A program made the position numbers and the translations under genes. A stretch of 64,000 nucleotides of DNA from Octopus sinensis (Eukaryota): contig NC_043008.1 in NCBI RefSeq assembly GCF_006345805.1, positions 6,138,001-6,202,000 of the forward strand. The letters run 5' to 3'. The notes under the pieces are model-generated. The model was not told the origin of the DNA and made no database searches. It was given only the letters and a program-made list of their open reading frames with translations. Numbering within the stretch: the stretch's first letter is position 1; each line of letters begins with the position of its first letter. This document shows, piece after piece, positions 39,736 to 53,893 of this stretch.

Positions 39736-42700
39736 AACAAAATGTCTGCAACTAGGCACCCATTGTACCGTTACAATGATGCATTCTAGATGACAGCACC
39801 CCTCCCTCCCACAAAAATGGTGTGAGAGTGGGTGGGGGTCATAATGTAAACAGCTTAACTAAAGATGTGATCTATAATGTGAGTGTGTCGATGTGTTTTT
39901 AGATTTTTTTGCAGTGTGGGGATGTTTCGGTGCAAAGACCCTTCCTCCAAAAGGCTGGAGGAATGAGACTTATTGACACCACATTGCCTAAATGGTTGCA
40001 AAAGAGTGGTCTTCACTAGAAGCACCCAGCACAACAAATTGAGTCTACCACCCAAACATAAGAACAAATTCCTCTGATGGCTTCCTCAAAATTACCGTCC
40101 GTCAAATTTTACTCTCGAAGCTTTGGTCAATCCCAAACAATAGGAGATGATACTTGTTGAAAGTGCTGCATAAAGGAATCAAACCTGCATCGATATCTCA
40201 CTACAAAGCAAGCGTAATAACCATCCAGCCATGATTACTATTTGGTGCCAGTACGAACCGAGAGGAACAGAAGCGTTCCAAGATAAAATTATTATCAATG
40301 GTTCAGAAGAGAATCTTTGCTTTTCTGATGCAGTCTTGACTGGATTCATGTGAAATAGAACCATAAATTGAATTTATCCAATTCCCAAAACAGCTCTCAA
40401 ACATAAATATTCCAAATGACATTCTGAACTCTAAAACCAGATTAACAAATCTGTGACTGTACATTGAATGACTTTCATGGTTTCACCGTTCTACAAGAAG
40501 GGTTGACTTCCTTAAGGTAAATAACAACCACAAATATTCTCTCTCCTGTTATTGTAAACCACTCGATCACAAACACAACTGCTGTATTATACATATTTGT
40601 GTCAAAACTTCAAGCATTCATTTCATTAATTTGCGATTTCTGAAGATAGAAAGCCAAAGATTTATTTCATTAACCTTTGCTTTCAGTCACTGTACTTATC
40701 TCACATTGCAGTTCTTCTCTTCTCTTCTCCTCTTCTCTCTCTCTCTCTATTTCTACATTGTACCTCTCTGAGCAAGTCTAGCTTCATGGACGAAATATAA
40801 GAAAAGTAACAGAGGAACAAAGAGTCGAAAGCAAAATATTCGTTATGATCGAGTGTGCTGTGAATTTAGCTAAAGCAATTTTACTTAGAAACATTAGAAG
40901 CAAGGTAAAGAAATAGATGAGCAGTAAGACACAGAGAATGTCAGATACAAAAGAACAGGAAGGAGAGAGAGGGGGGGTAGAGAGGGAGAGGGAGGGGGAG
41001 TGAGAGAGAGAGAGAGAGAAGCAAACATATATTGATTAGGAATAATTGTGGAATACTAAGTTAAAAAGCGTCTAGATTTCATTTCCAAAATATCGAGATT
41101 GGTTTCATGACATACAAGCAACTGCCATCATTTGAATGAAAAATTTTGGAAAAATTAATTACACCAACAGAGAATCAAGAAAAGTTAGGCGTTGATCAAT
41201 AGTAGACAGAGAGAGAGAGAGAAGAAGAAGAAGGAGAGAGAGGGAGAGAGAGAGAGAAAGAGAGAGAGGTCAGTCTTTGAAGAAGATAAGAATGGTCTTC
41301 AATTAAGAAATGAATACAAATAGTATTACACACACACACACATATACATACATATTCTGACATTTATACATACAATTATATACACATGTAGATACACAAT
41401 AATATAGTTTAGATGTATGAATGTATGTACATGTATGTACAAATGTGTATATGTGCATACATGTAGATATTTCCACATTTGTATGTATATATATCTATGT
41501 GTGTATACATACATACATATATACATGAGCATCAATCCTTCTTGCTACTTCCAGAATAATATGTTTGAATACACACACACACACACACACACGGTCAAGT
41601 AAATAAGGACAAGTCCACATCCGCAGTATTTGTTACATGTTTGTATAAAGAGAAGGACAAGTCTATAGACCAACCAACCAACCATATTTCTAGTAGTTGT
41701 AGCAGTATTAATAGTAAGCTGACAATAGATATTTATGGAATATGGACAATGCTGCACTGATGTCCTCCTAGCTGGCGCCAGCTTATTTACTATTCACCAA
41801 ATTCACAAAGCTGAATCCAGCAATATCACTGTTTTATGATTGTTTATTGTGGAAGCATCATGTACCAGAAATATGCCAGGTTTAACAAACTCAGTGCTAA
41901 ATGCTACCTCACACACACACACACAAACACAAAAACATATACACAGCTAATCAAAAAAAGTCTCTGTGGTAGCCTGCAAAACAAAGCAGTGAAATTTTTT
42001 CAGACATTCATCCTACTATCTTAAAGGTTATCTTGGACAATAGAGTTCCTAGTTTACAAAACGACAGGATAATATCACAGCTAAAGTACATTTGTTCTGA
42101 GATCAACTATGGCTAAACATGAAAACACTGTTGTAGAAAAGCAGATTGAGTTCAATCATTTGAATAATTCCTCAGTGGAAGGCGGCAAGCTGGCAGACTC
42201 ATTAGCCATGCTGAGGAAAATGTTTAGCAGCATTTTGTCTGTCTTTACATTCAGGGTTCAAATCCTGCTAAGGTCGACTTTGCCTTTTATTCTTTCAGGG
42301 TCAATAAAAATTAGCACCAGTTAATCACAGGGGTTGATGTAACTGACTGTCCCCCAATCCCTTGCAATTGCTCACCTCGTGCCAAAATTTGAAACTAATA
42401 TTTGCTCAGTGGTTTTGAGAAAACTTTGCAGTTGGTTTCAAAAATATTGAAGACAGAACATTGCAGAACAATACATGTGATATTTGCACAAGCTGTTAAA
42501 AACCAAATTTCCAATGAAGCAAGTTCTACACCACAACAATGACCATGTGTGGATGTCTGGAGATGGGCAACTGTTCCTCTATATTTCTGAAAACTTCTTT
42601 AGTTTCATCCCAAGTGCTGACTCTTGACTTAGAGCAGTGGTTCCCAAGCTTTTTCAGGGTGCCACAGCAAACAATAGAGTCTGTAAATTCTGAGCATTTA

Positions 42701-43167
42701 ATATGAAGAAATATCTGAAATGCAGCAAGTTTGAAGACCTTGACTGGAATCACAGAACAAAACAGAAATTTTGAAAATTCTTCTCAGTGGAAATGGTTGC
42801 AAAGAATGACTGTATTCCATACAAGTAAAAGTATTATGAGTGAAAATAGGTTTTACTTCAACCATTTGAGGTCCAATAATTATAGACATAAGCAAGGTGG
42901 TAAGCTTGCAGAATCATCATTAGCATGCCCAGGTAAATTGCTAAGTGGCATTTCATCTGTCTTTATGTTCTGAGTTCAAATTCTGCAATGATTGACTTTG
43001 CCTTTCATCCCTTTCAGAGGTCAATAAAATCAGTACCAGTTGAGCGCTGGGGTCAATGTAATTGACTTAGCCTCTACTCTGAATTTGCTGGCCTTGTGCC
43101 AAAATTGGAAACCAATAATTATAGAGATAAATTATAAAAAATCTTCAGAAAGACATAATAATGTTCT

Positions 43168-43429
43168 GTAGTTCTATATTTGAGAGATGAGGAATTATGT
43201 ACATTATTTACATTTGATGAATATTTGTCCTGGGGGAATTTTGAACCTGGGTTCACACTCCTAAAGTATTTTTCCGATGTTGTTATCATTATTATTATTC
43301 AGGTCACTGCCTGGCATCAAACTCAGAATCGTGGGGTTAGATGAAGGCTGGAGAGTACATCAGCCGAAACGTTGTGTTAATGACAAAAAAGATGAGGACA
43401 AATATCCATCAAATATAAATAATGTGTAT
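43168..43429 (+). mobile_element. SINE family D, rearranged (long antisense part + sense hammerhead tail)
   Basis: Antisense extension, tail and part of the head at 43168-43340. Then sense gatgaaggctggagagtacatcagccgaaacgttgtgtt and tail. 13-bp TSD ataataatgttct (43155-43167 / 43816-43828). Confidence 0.8.
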
Positions 43430-43773
43430 AATCGGGACCCCCTTCGGTCACGACACTGACCATGGGATTGCACCTAGAAAGTTACCCTCTTAGTCACAAG
43501 TCTGGGCAAGGTGGTTTATGGAAGAACAGCAGTTGCCCATGCATACTGGCCTCACCTCTCCACGCCACCAGTGTTATCCAAGGGAAAGGCAAAGGGGCCG
43601 ATACAGCTTGGCACCTGTGACGTCGCAACTCATTTCTACAGCTGAGTGAACTGGAGCAACGTGAAATAAAGTGTCTTGCTCAAGAACACATCATGCAGCC
43701 TGGTCCAGGAATCGATCTCACAACCTCACGATCGTAAGATCGATGCTCTAACCACTGAGCCATGCGCCTTCAC
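43430..43773 (-). mobile_element. SINE family E (head H2 + tail T3)
   Basis: 9-bp TSD aatgtgtat (43421-43429 / 43774-43782). Head gtgaaggcgcatggctcagtggttagagc. Confidence 0.85.
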
Positions 43774-45814
43774 AATGTGTATTATAAGTTCCTTTTTAAT
43801 AGAACATTAATGTGTATAATAATGTTCTATTAAAAAGGAACTTGCGGACTTCTAAGAATTCAATACAAACTAACCTGTTTTGGGTTAGTGAAAAGTTGTT
43901 TTTCCAGAAACAATCTTTCAAATATAGATTCAGAAGTTCAAACACACACACACACACACACACAGATGTATGTAGTCACCTCTTTAGAAGTGAATCAAGA
44001 TTTAAAACTGAATTAACTTGGCAAAGTGTCAAACAAGTGTGGTGTCTCTATGTAATTGTTTGGCTTGCTAGAAATAGCAACCAAATTTCACATCATATTC
44101 TAATGTTTCTACAAAAGGGAAGGATATATTAGATAAAGTATTCTGGGTCAAAGTATGTCTGTGTCTGCGAAGATCTAGAATTGTTATAACCAGAATATCT
44201 GATCAAAAGTGTGCTTCATTGGTTGGGAGGGTGGGTGACAGTTAAACAACAACAACAAAGGTGAAAAACAGACAAGAATCTCTTATTATCGAAACCCTAC
44301 ATTTACCAAAGAATTTCAAGAGTTCCTGGAAAACGTTTACTTATTTCAGTAAAAAAGACTGATTTCACAAAGAAGAAATGTTAAATTCCATATTTATACA
44401 AGACAGTAACCTTCTGGGTGACTAGAACTATAGAATTACACATTTAGCTTTGACTTTATTTCAAGGATATTTATCTAAAGATAATCAGGAAATATAAGCC
44501 AGAGAGAAACATCAAAGTTGAATTCAAATAACAGATTTTAAGCCAAATATTATATGAAAGAGTATGGAACTTATGTTTAGCAAATTTCCTCAGAAAACTT
44601 CTGCTAAGTAGAACCATTTCCTTGAAAAAGAACTTCATATGTAGTTAACCTGATTGTCTTCGTAATGTTACTTCTATCTTTTAATTGGAAATACTATCAT
44701 CTTCCTCATAGTCAATGGAAAACCAATTAGATGGAGTAACTCTGCCTTACTGCCACATTACAAAGAAATATGGTCACGTTATATGCATTCAGTGTATGAA
44801 CAATCATGCATGCGGTTACAAAATTATCTAAGTTATCAATAAAAATCATGGTACACGAAGAAACAAAAACAAAACAAGATGAAAACAGAAATACAAAGAA
44901 TGTCAACCAGATGCTGAAGTTATATCAATGTTGTGCACATGACTGGCATTGTGCAGCATTGTGCTGCAGCATGCATGGCAACAAAGAAGCAAAGATTAAC
45001 TTCAGTCATTTTTCTTTTCAAGCTCGCAGAGAAACTGAACGTTTGAAAAGATTGCGTGATAACAAAATCAGCTTCTTCAAATCTGATTGCATATCGTTAT
45101 CCATAACATGGCAAATAATACACTCTGCATACACAGACTTTTTTTTTTTATTATTTTATAATATTTTATTTATAAACTTTTTGTTTGCCTTCTCTGCTTA
45201 AGTAAGATATATCTCAGCACTGTATAAAACAAAAAGCTCTCCATCTTTTTATTTTATTTTTTTTTTACCCCCCCACCCCTCAATGGTGAATCAAAGATTG
45301 TAATTAGCTAAAAGGGGCTTTCCCTATGACTTAATAAAAGATTTTTCTTTTTAAAAAAGATCTATATCTCATCGCCTTATACAAACAGATTACTTTGCTG
45401 AGGAAAGAATGCTACTTATTCCAACAAAATGATTACCATAACAATGGCAATCATTTTGCTGCTGATTGCTAATTCCATTTTGTTTGGAGAAAATATAATT
45501 TTCTGACAAAATAAGAAATTATAAAATAGCAGAACTATAACATTCGTCAGTTGAATTGCGGTTTTCAAAAGGAAAAGATAATTTTTTTTAATGAATTACT
45601 AATGATTGTTTTAACCTCTCGTGATTGAAAACAGAAAGCGGCAACATGGTAAGAAAGGAGCAGTTAGAATGGGCATCTGGTTACAGGCAGCAGCTCCCAC
45701 AGTTTGATCAAATGTCTTCTTAGAATAGAATCTGAAAAATCTGGTTCTCAGACTAAAATCTCACAATTTCCCTCTCCTCTCCTCAAGGAACACACTTTAT
45801 GAATATCTATAAAT

Positions 45815-46363
45815 GGTGGTCAAGCATGACCTTCGTACTTTGAGTCTCACAGAGGTTATAACGAAAGACCGAGGCCTCTGGAGATATGCTGTGACTTCGA
45901 AGACCCGACAAATGAAGTGAGTTCATGGCTCGCAGGACGGCCTGCTGTGCTAACCTTGGATCGTAGAGTGACCCGCTGTTCTTGAGGAGACCTGTTGAGT
46001 CAAGTACGTCAACATCAAAATAAAAATTCAAATGGAAATTGTAGTTAAGACACCCGTGCTGGTGAGACGTAAAAAGCACCGTCCGAACGTGGCAGATGCC
46101 AGCGCCGCCTGACTGGCGTCCATGCTGGCGACACGTAAAAGCACTGTTTGCCAGCCTGCTCTGGCCCCTGTGCCAGTGGCACATAAAAAGCACCCACTAC
46201 ACTCATGGAGTGGTTGGCGTTAGGAAGGGCATCCAGCTGTAGTAACACTGCCAAATCAGACTAGAGCCTGGTGTAGCCTCCATTGCTTCCAGACCCCAGT
46301 AGAACCATCCAACCCATGCTAGCATGGAAAACGGACATTAAATGATGATGATGATGATGATGA
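45815..46363 (+). mobile_element. RTE-LINE 3' end
   Basis: VKHDLRTLSLTEVITKDRGLWRYAVTSKTRQMK*, then 3' UTR and (ATG)n tail. Confidence 0.85.
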
Positions 46364-46713
46364 CCAGTGGGAGGGGAAGAAGATGAGGAGTTGTTAACTC
46401 TGTAGATGACATTTTCCTTCATCTGCTTTTGTGGGAAAAGGTAGCTTGCTTGAAATATTCATAACAAACATGACATTGCATGACTGTGGAAGTCGGAAAC
46501 TAAAGGTGAAACATTTATGAAAGCTTGATGTGAATGTGAATTTAAGCCACACGAAAAGAGCAGTACATGAAAAATAACTGAGATTATGTGTGGAGAGAAG
46601 GTGGTTACAGGGGTATAGACTGTGGTTCTTAAATAAATGGCTTATATGAGGTGGGAGTAGTAAACAGTTTCCATTAACGATTTGATAAGCATTTCAAGAC
46701 TTCCTCCACCTCT

Positions 46714-47385
46714 TATTTCTTTATTGCCTACAAGGGACTAAACACAGAGGGGACAAACAAGGACAGACAAAGGGATTAAGTCGATTACATCGACCCCAGT
46801 GCATAACTGGAACATAATTTATCGACCATGAAAGGATGAAAGGCAAAGTCGACCCCGGCAGAATTTGAACTCAGAACATAATGGCAGACGAAATACTGCT
46901 AAGCATTTTGCCCAGCATGCTAACGATTCTTATTTCTTTATTGCCCACAAGGGGCTAAACATGGAGGGGACAAACAAGGACACACAAAGGGATTAAGTAG
47001 ATTACATCGACCCCAGTGCATAACTGGAACATAATTTATCGACCATGAAAGGATGAAAGGCAAAGTCGACCCCAGCAGAATTTGAACTCAGAACATAATG
47101 GCAGACGAAATACTGCTAAGCATTTTGCCCAGCATGCTAACGATTCTTATTTCTTTATTGCCCACAAGGGGCTAAACATGGAGGGGACAAACAAGGACAG
47201 ACAAAGGGATTAAGTCGATTACATCGACCCTGGTGTGTAACTGGTACTTTATTTATTGACCCCAAAAGGATTAAAGGCAAAGTTGACCTCGGCGGAATTT
47301 GAACTTAGAACGTAATGGCAGGCGAAATACTGCTAAGCACTTTGCCTGGAGTGCTAATGTTCCTGCCAGCTCGCTCCCTTTGTCT
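46714..47385 (-). mobile_element. Tandem trimer of SINE family B (217-bp period)
   Basis: Units start at 46711, 46928 and 47145. The whole array is flanked by cttcctccacctct (46700-46713 / 47386-47399). Confidence 0.88.
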
Positions 47386-49886
47386 CTTCCTCCACCTCTG
47401 CAAGAGAGCAGCAGAGGGATAAACCTTCTTGAAGGAATGCCATCAAGAACACACAAGAGTTGTTTGGTGAGAAATGTACCATATGTGAAAGACTAAGTCA
47501 TGACATACAATTGTGAGTGGGGTTCTAAAAATATTGGTCTAAACTAATTACATGATGATGATGAAGGGCCTTAAAGAAGAGGTGATGTGTGGGGCTGTGA
47601 ACCCATCGAATTCATGTCAACATGTAAAAAGGGATGTTAAAAGGGTAACAACAATGATGATGATGGTAATGACCTCTAAGCAGAAACTCATTTAATCTGT
47701 ATCCTCTAAGTCAGTGGTTCCCAAAGTGGGTGGTACCGCCACTCCTCTGGTGTCGGTGGAAAGATCCAGGGAGCTGTGTGTATGTTTTTGACTTAGGGAG
47801 ATGCAGCTTGAATAAACTGTATAATTCATTACTTGATACTTCTCAAAACAGTATTGAGAAAAACTAGTCTGATTGAGGTAAACCTGTCATAGTATACACC
47901 TTTGGCTAAATGAGGGATTCTGCTATGGTTTGGGTAGATTGTAGTCCCCAGTTTAGATGGACATTGATGACATCATAATAGAAATATCTCATTCTGTATT
48001 TATAGAGAATAAAATATATTCTAAAGCAAGAATTGATGTACTCTCTTTGAGGCCGAAGACAGAGGTAGGTACGAAATGATATTGATTTCTCATATCAATC
48101 AACACAGCTTATAAATATGTGAGGGCGATTAAGAAGATTTCATTAACATCAGTACAACATTTTATTTGTTCAAGTAAGTAGAATAATATTATAAATGCAT
48201 AAAAGTTGGTGTGGGTAGAATTTGGTAGGAGAATATTGAGAGACAGTAAACACTGGAAGGTAATTAGCCATTTCAGCCAGTCCATAGATTTAGGTATGTG
48301 ATTATATTAATCAAATTTCAATAAGTAGACAACATTCTTCAATATTGGTCTAATTCTGTCAGAAGAAAAGTGCATACATTCCTGGTTTTCACTTGCTACA
48401 ATTCTCTCTAAATGTGGCTACACTGGAATATTTTCACCCTTTATTGTTTTGGTCACATATAAAACATTAACCCTTTAGTCTTCAGATTGCTCTGTCATAT
48501 GCAATGCTTATCTATTCACATTGTTTTGAATTAATCATGCATTATCTTGTAGCTTTGAGATTTCGATGATATGGTTGTTTATTCTTAGGATGACATTATA
48601 TGATAGGTGAGAGAGGCCAGATGTGGCCAGCTTGAACATAAAACAGAATATTTCGGCTGGATGTGGCCTGTTTAAATACATTAATACAAGCAGGAAATAC
48701 TTTGGCAAAGTCATTAAAGATGTCAAGTATGTAAAAATGTGACCCAAAACCAGCTGACCTCTTCATCTTGCCAGTTACTGGATTTCTCCACTTATGAGGC
48801 TCATTGAGTAACTTTATACTCTGTCCTCTACAACGAGGAATTTTTCTCTAAAATCCTCAAAAGTAACAGCAAAAAAGGTTCAAAGTTTAACATTTCTGAG
48901 GCTGTGTACCACAACAGGAATGATTTACTGCTTCATCAGGACAGATGAAAACAAACATTAACAGCTGAATTTAACAAGGTAGCCTACATTAATTGCTGAG
49001 GTATTATCAAATTACACACAGAGTAGGGTCTATCAGATGAAAAATTTTGATTAGGTGAAATTTTTATGCAATATCCATTTAGGGTCGATAAATTAAGTAC
49101 CAGTTGCATACTGAGGTCGATGTAATCGACTGGCTCCCTCCCCCAAAATTCCATGCCTTGTGCCTAGAGCAGAAAAGAATAGACACAGCCTCTCTTTGGG
49201 CTGTGCTTAAAATTAGACAAAAAGAGACGGGAACTTTCTCTAAAATCCAAACACTACAAGCAAGAGAGATAACTCTAGTTTTAAATGACTGAAATTTTTT
49301 GTAAGCGATGTTGTTGATGGTAACGAGAGTTGTCTTCAAAGCAATTCATGAAAGTCACAGATATTCTTCAGTGATATTCGGTTCTATCAGCAAAAAATCT
49401 ATTTAGTTGGCGATACATTAAATTAGAGGGTGCCAGTGTTAAGCAGTGATGTGTATAAATTACAAGGTTTATCACCAGTTCAAATATGCCTGGGGCACAT
49501 TCGAACCTGTAAGAAAGCCATTTACTGTATTTCGTCATGGAGAAAATTTTCTCACTCTAGACAGATTAAATTAGATTGAGCTGAAGAATCCTAGAAAAAA
49601 GCACACAAAAAAAAAAAGGCCTATTGTTCAAAATTAATCCTGAATCTATAAGAATAGTTGGTTAAATCTAATCTTATTCCTGAATAGCTACAAGTGATAT
49701 TATATCATACACTCTGAGAAATTTAAAATGAAAGGAACCGAACTCAGCTGTGTTTGAATGTCATACCAAGAAGGGGGAAAATGAAGAGAAGCTTTTAACG
49801 CATGCATACTTTTCTTTTAATCCTTACAAAAATGATACAGAAGGATAAAAGAAAAGAGAATATAGAGATTTGACTATCAACACATT

Positions 49887-50272
49887 ACTCTTTTACTCTT
49901 TTACTTGTTTCAGTCATTTGACTGCGGCCATGCTGGGGCACCGCCTTTAATCGAGCAACTCGAACCTGGGACTTATTCTTTTGTAAGCCCAGTACTTATT
50001 CTATCAGTCTCTTTTTGCCGAACCGCTAAGTAACGGGGACATAAACACACCAGCATCGGTTGTCAAGCAATGCTAGGGGGACAAACACATATATATATAT
50101 ACATATATACGACGGGCTTCTTTCAGTTTCCGTCTACCAAATCCACTCACAAGGCTTTGGTCGGCCCAAGGCTATAGTAGAAGACACTTGCCCAAGGTGC
50201 CACGCAGTGGGACTGAACCTGGAACCATGTGGTTGGTAAACAAGCTATTTACCCCACAGCCACTCCTGCACC
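49887..50272 (-). mobile_element. SINE family A
   Basis: Near-consensus full copy. Confidence 0.9.
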
Positions 50273-50289
50273 TGTCGATACATTAAATA

Positions 50290-50522
50290 TATTTCTTTAC
50301 TACCCACAAGGGGCTAAACACAGAGGGGACAAACAAGGACAGACAAAGGGATTAAGTCGATTACATCGACCCCAGTGCGAAACTGGTACTTTATTTATTG
50401 ACCCCGAAAGGATGAAAGGCAAAGTTGACCTTGGCGGAATTTGAACTCGGAACGTAACAATAGACGAAATACCGCTACGCATTTCACCCGGCACACTAAC
50501 AATTCTGCCAGCTCACCGCCTT
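50290..50522 (-). mobile_element. SINE family B
   Basis: Full copy from ggcggtgagctggcagaa to an aaagaaata tail. Confidence 0.85.
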
Positions 50523-51399
50523 ATCAATGCATTATATAACAAAGTAAAAGAGATGTTTCCGAGGTTTTTGGGTGGTGGAGTTCATCCATTAATCTTGGGT
50601 GTTTTAAGTCGCTAGGAGAACGTTGGTGTGATATAATCATTATGACAACAGCCTAGACATCCAATTATATACAATTATAAAAGATTGGAACTAAAAATAT
50701 TGTGAATTTTCATTAATTATGGCAAACTTATAGAGTAAACAACAACAAAACAACCAACAACATACTAAATCAGTCTTCAGACAGAAACATACACACATAT
50801 ACGCAAACACATAAAGTTTACTAGATTCAAATAAGAAATCATTTAAAGTAACCATTCTGTTGATTAGTTTCCAAAAAAAAAATTATTAGACATATAATAA
50901 GTAAAGAATATAAAAAGTAAATGATGACAATAGCGAAGTAGAAAGTTAAAGCTACAAATTTTCCTTTATTACCAAAATGTGTGTGTAGTAAAGAACTCAA
51001 AATGGAGAATGGTGGCATTTGTATGATTTGCTAAGCTGGTAATTCTTATCGAAGACCTAAATTAAATTAGAATCTATGCAAAAAATTTGCCTGTCTCCTA
51101 TCATCTACCCACACAGATTTTGCTAAATAAATTCTTGGTCACAGCATGAAGATATTATCTTTGAATAAAGAATTCTTGTTTGACCATAACCCAGCTGAGA
51201 TCCAATTAATCTATAGCCAAAGATATAATCCCCCCTATACAAGGGGACACTGAAAAGTTCCTAGCTTTGGATAAAAGAAAATACAGGAGGTTTCTGGTTG
51301 GAGAAGAACTTCTTCCCTCTCCCACCGATCTCAGAGGACCTGTAGTACAACCCTTTTGTCTGACTAAACAATGAAAAAGAAATCTCCTTAAAAGCTATT

Positions 51400-51657
51400 T
51401 TAACCCTTTTATTACCCTATTTCTGTTGAGATGCTCTGTGCTTCTTTCAATTAATTTTAAAGATAATGTTTCTTCCAATTAACTTTAAATACAACAAAGA
51501 ATTTACTAAAATAACTTGGTTATTATTAAGATAGTGTTAGGAACATAAATTGCGACTAAGGTTTAGTAGAAAATTTTAATTCAGAACTTTTGAAAACGAG
51601 ACATTTATACTACAGAGCTAGAGGTGGTTTCAGGTGGGTTGGTATCAAAAGGGTTAA
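51400..51657. mobile_element. piggyBac-like MITE family 2
   Basis: TTAA|CCCTTTTATTACC...GGTATCAAAAGGG|TTAA. Confidence 0.8.
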
Positions 51658-52520
51658 TGTAAAGATTTAAAATCTGTTGTTAGTTCAAATAACCACCTAG
51701 AGGACTCTTCATTGGCTTGTGCCGCAGGAGTATATCAGCCCAAGTAGAACCAACTGCTATTATATAACAATCAAACTGTGCTACTTCAAGGTAGCTTTCC
51801 TCTTTATTGTACTGGAACATTTAAAGAGGAACCTGTGTTTTGGCTATGAATATGGCACAATGCTGGTGGAAGTATACAATTTATGGACCAGTTTGATGGG
51901 AAGTGATATCATATTGATATGAATCCCATAGCTCTTGAAGAAATGAAACCCCAACTGAAAATGTTGGGACCAACGCCTTAAATATTTCATGATTATAATA
52001 TTTCACATTAATTTTTAACTCATATTTGATAAGAAGACAACTAAAGAAAGGCTGGCTGCATTGGAAGAGAAGCAGGAAAATATGAAGATGATGATGATGA
52101 TGTATGCACGCACACATACATAGTGTGTTAATCTTTGCTGCCAGTAAATGGCTTCTCCCAAACCAACACACCTACATGTGGCCACACTCACTAACTGAAT
52201 CCCTTACAGGCCTAAAATTTTGGGGGAGAGTGCCAGTCGATTAGATCAACTCCAGTATGCAACTGGTACTTAATTTATCAACCCTGAAAGGATGAAAGGC
52301 AAAGTTGACCTCGGCGGAATTTGAACCTTTTACACGATATTAAAACAGCGGCTAAAAATTTTCTGAAGCAGCACCCCCACTAATTTTATCTACGACCCAC
52401 CACTGCTCCTTATGTCTGTGTGTCCCTGTCTCTCTTTCTCTGATGCATATATGCATTCACAGTGGAAGAAAGCAACAGTGGCAATGCTTCTCCAAATAAA
52501 GGTGAAAATAGTAAGTCTGT

Positions 52521-52725
52521 CTCTTTACGCTTTTACTTGTTTCAGTCATTTGACTGCGGCCATGCTGGAGCACCGCCTTTAGTCAAGCAAATCAACCCTA
52601 GGACTTATTCTTTGTAAGCCTACTACTTATTCTATTGGTCTCTTTTGCCGAACTGCTAAGTTATGGGGATGTAAACACATCAGCATCGGTTGTCAACACA
52701 GACACACAAACATATACACACACAA

Positions 52726-52756
<31 letters not shown>

Positions 52757-52919
52757 CGATGGGCATCTTTCAGTTTCCGTCTACCAAATCCACTCACAAG
52801 GCATTGGTCGGCCCGAGGCTATAGTAGAAGACACTTGCCCAAGATGCCACGCAGTGGGACTGAACCCAGAACCATGTGGTTGGTAAGCAAGCTACTTACC
52901 ACACAGCCATTCCTACGCC
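52521..52919 (-). mobile_element. SINE family A
   Basis: Homology to the other copies. Confidence 0.88.
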
Positions 52920-53499
52920 TGTGTCTGTTAATGATAGTTTAAAATTTTGAAAGAAGATCAATTTTGGGGGAGAGGGAGAGTCAATTACATTGACCACCCC
53001 CAGAGATCAACTGCTTTTTATTTTATTGATCCTGAACAGATGAAAAGCAAAGTCGACTTTGATAGAACTTGAGCTCAGAACGTAATCACAGATGACATAC
53101 CACTATTTTGGTTGGCACGCTAAGCCTGTTAATATTAATGTGGATTGGCAGACTTGACAAAATTACCAGCTACAACCTTGCTGCTATTTGTTCCAATTCT
53201 TCATATTCTGAGTTTGAAACCCTGCCAAAGTCAAGCTTACCTTTCATCCTTCCAGGATCGGTAAAAATAAAATATTAGTCAAGTGCTGGGGTAGATCTAA
53301 TATGCTGTACTACCCCTAATATTGGACCTTGTGCACTTGTTATAAACAATTATGATCAGCAGAATCAGTTGATGGACAGGCAAAAAGGGTTTTCCATTCT
53401 TCTCCATTCTTCCAGGATCAGTTAAATTCCAAGGCAATTTAATGTACACGATTTGTTGAGTTGCACCCAGGTAATTCTCATGTAGTGGTGAGTTGCAGC

Positions 53500-53893
53500 A
53501 GCTGTGTGGTAAGTAGCTTACTTACCAACCACATGGTTTCGGGTTCAGTCCCACTGTGTGGCACCTTGGGCAAGTGTCTTCTACTATGGCCTCGGGCCGA
53601 CCAAAGCCTTGAGTGGATTTGGTAGACGGAAACTGAAAGAAGCCCGCCGTATATATGTATATATATATATATGTGTGTGTGTTTGTGTGTGTCTGTGTTT
53701 GTCCCCCTAGCATTGCTTGACAACCGATGCTGGTGTGTTTACGTTCCCCGTCACTTAGCGGTTCGGCAAGAGAGACCGATAGAATAAGTACTAGGCTTAC
53801 AAAGAATAAATCCTGGGGTCGATTTGCTCGACTGAAAGGCGGTGCTCCAGCATGGCCGCAGTCAAATGACTGAAACAAATAAAAGAATAAAAA
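53500..53893 (+). mobile_element. SINE family A
   Basis: Homology to the other copies. Inverted relative to 52521-52919, about 580 bp away. Confidence 0.88.

Noticed and set aside
44806-45201. 131-aa plus-strand ORF
   Set aside because: No recognisable domain and low-complexity ends. Lies antisense inside the intron.
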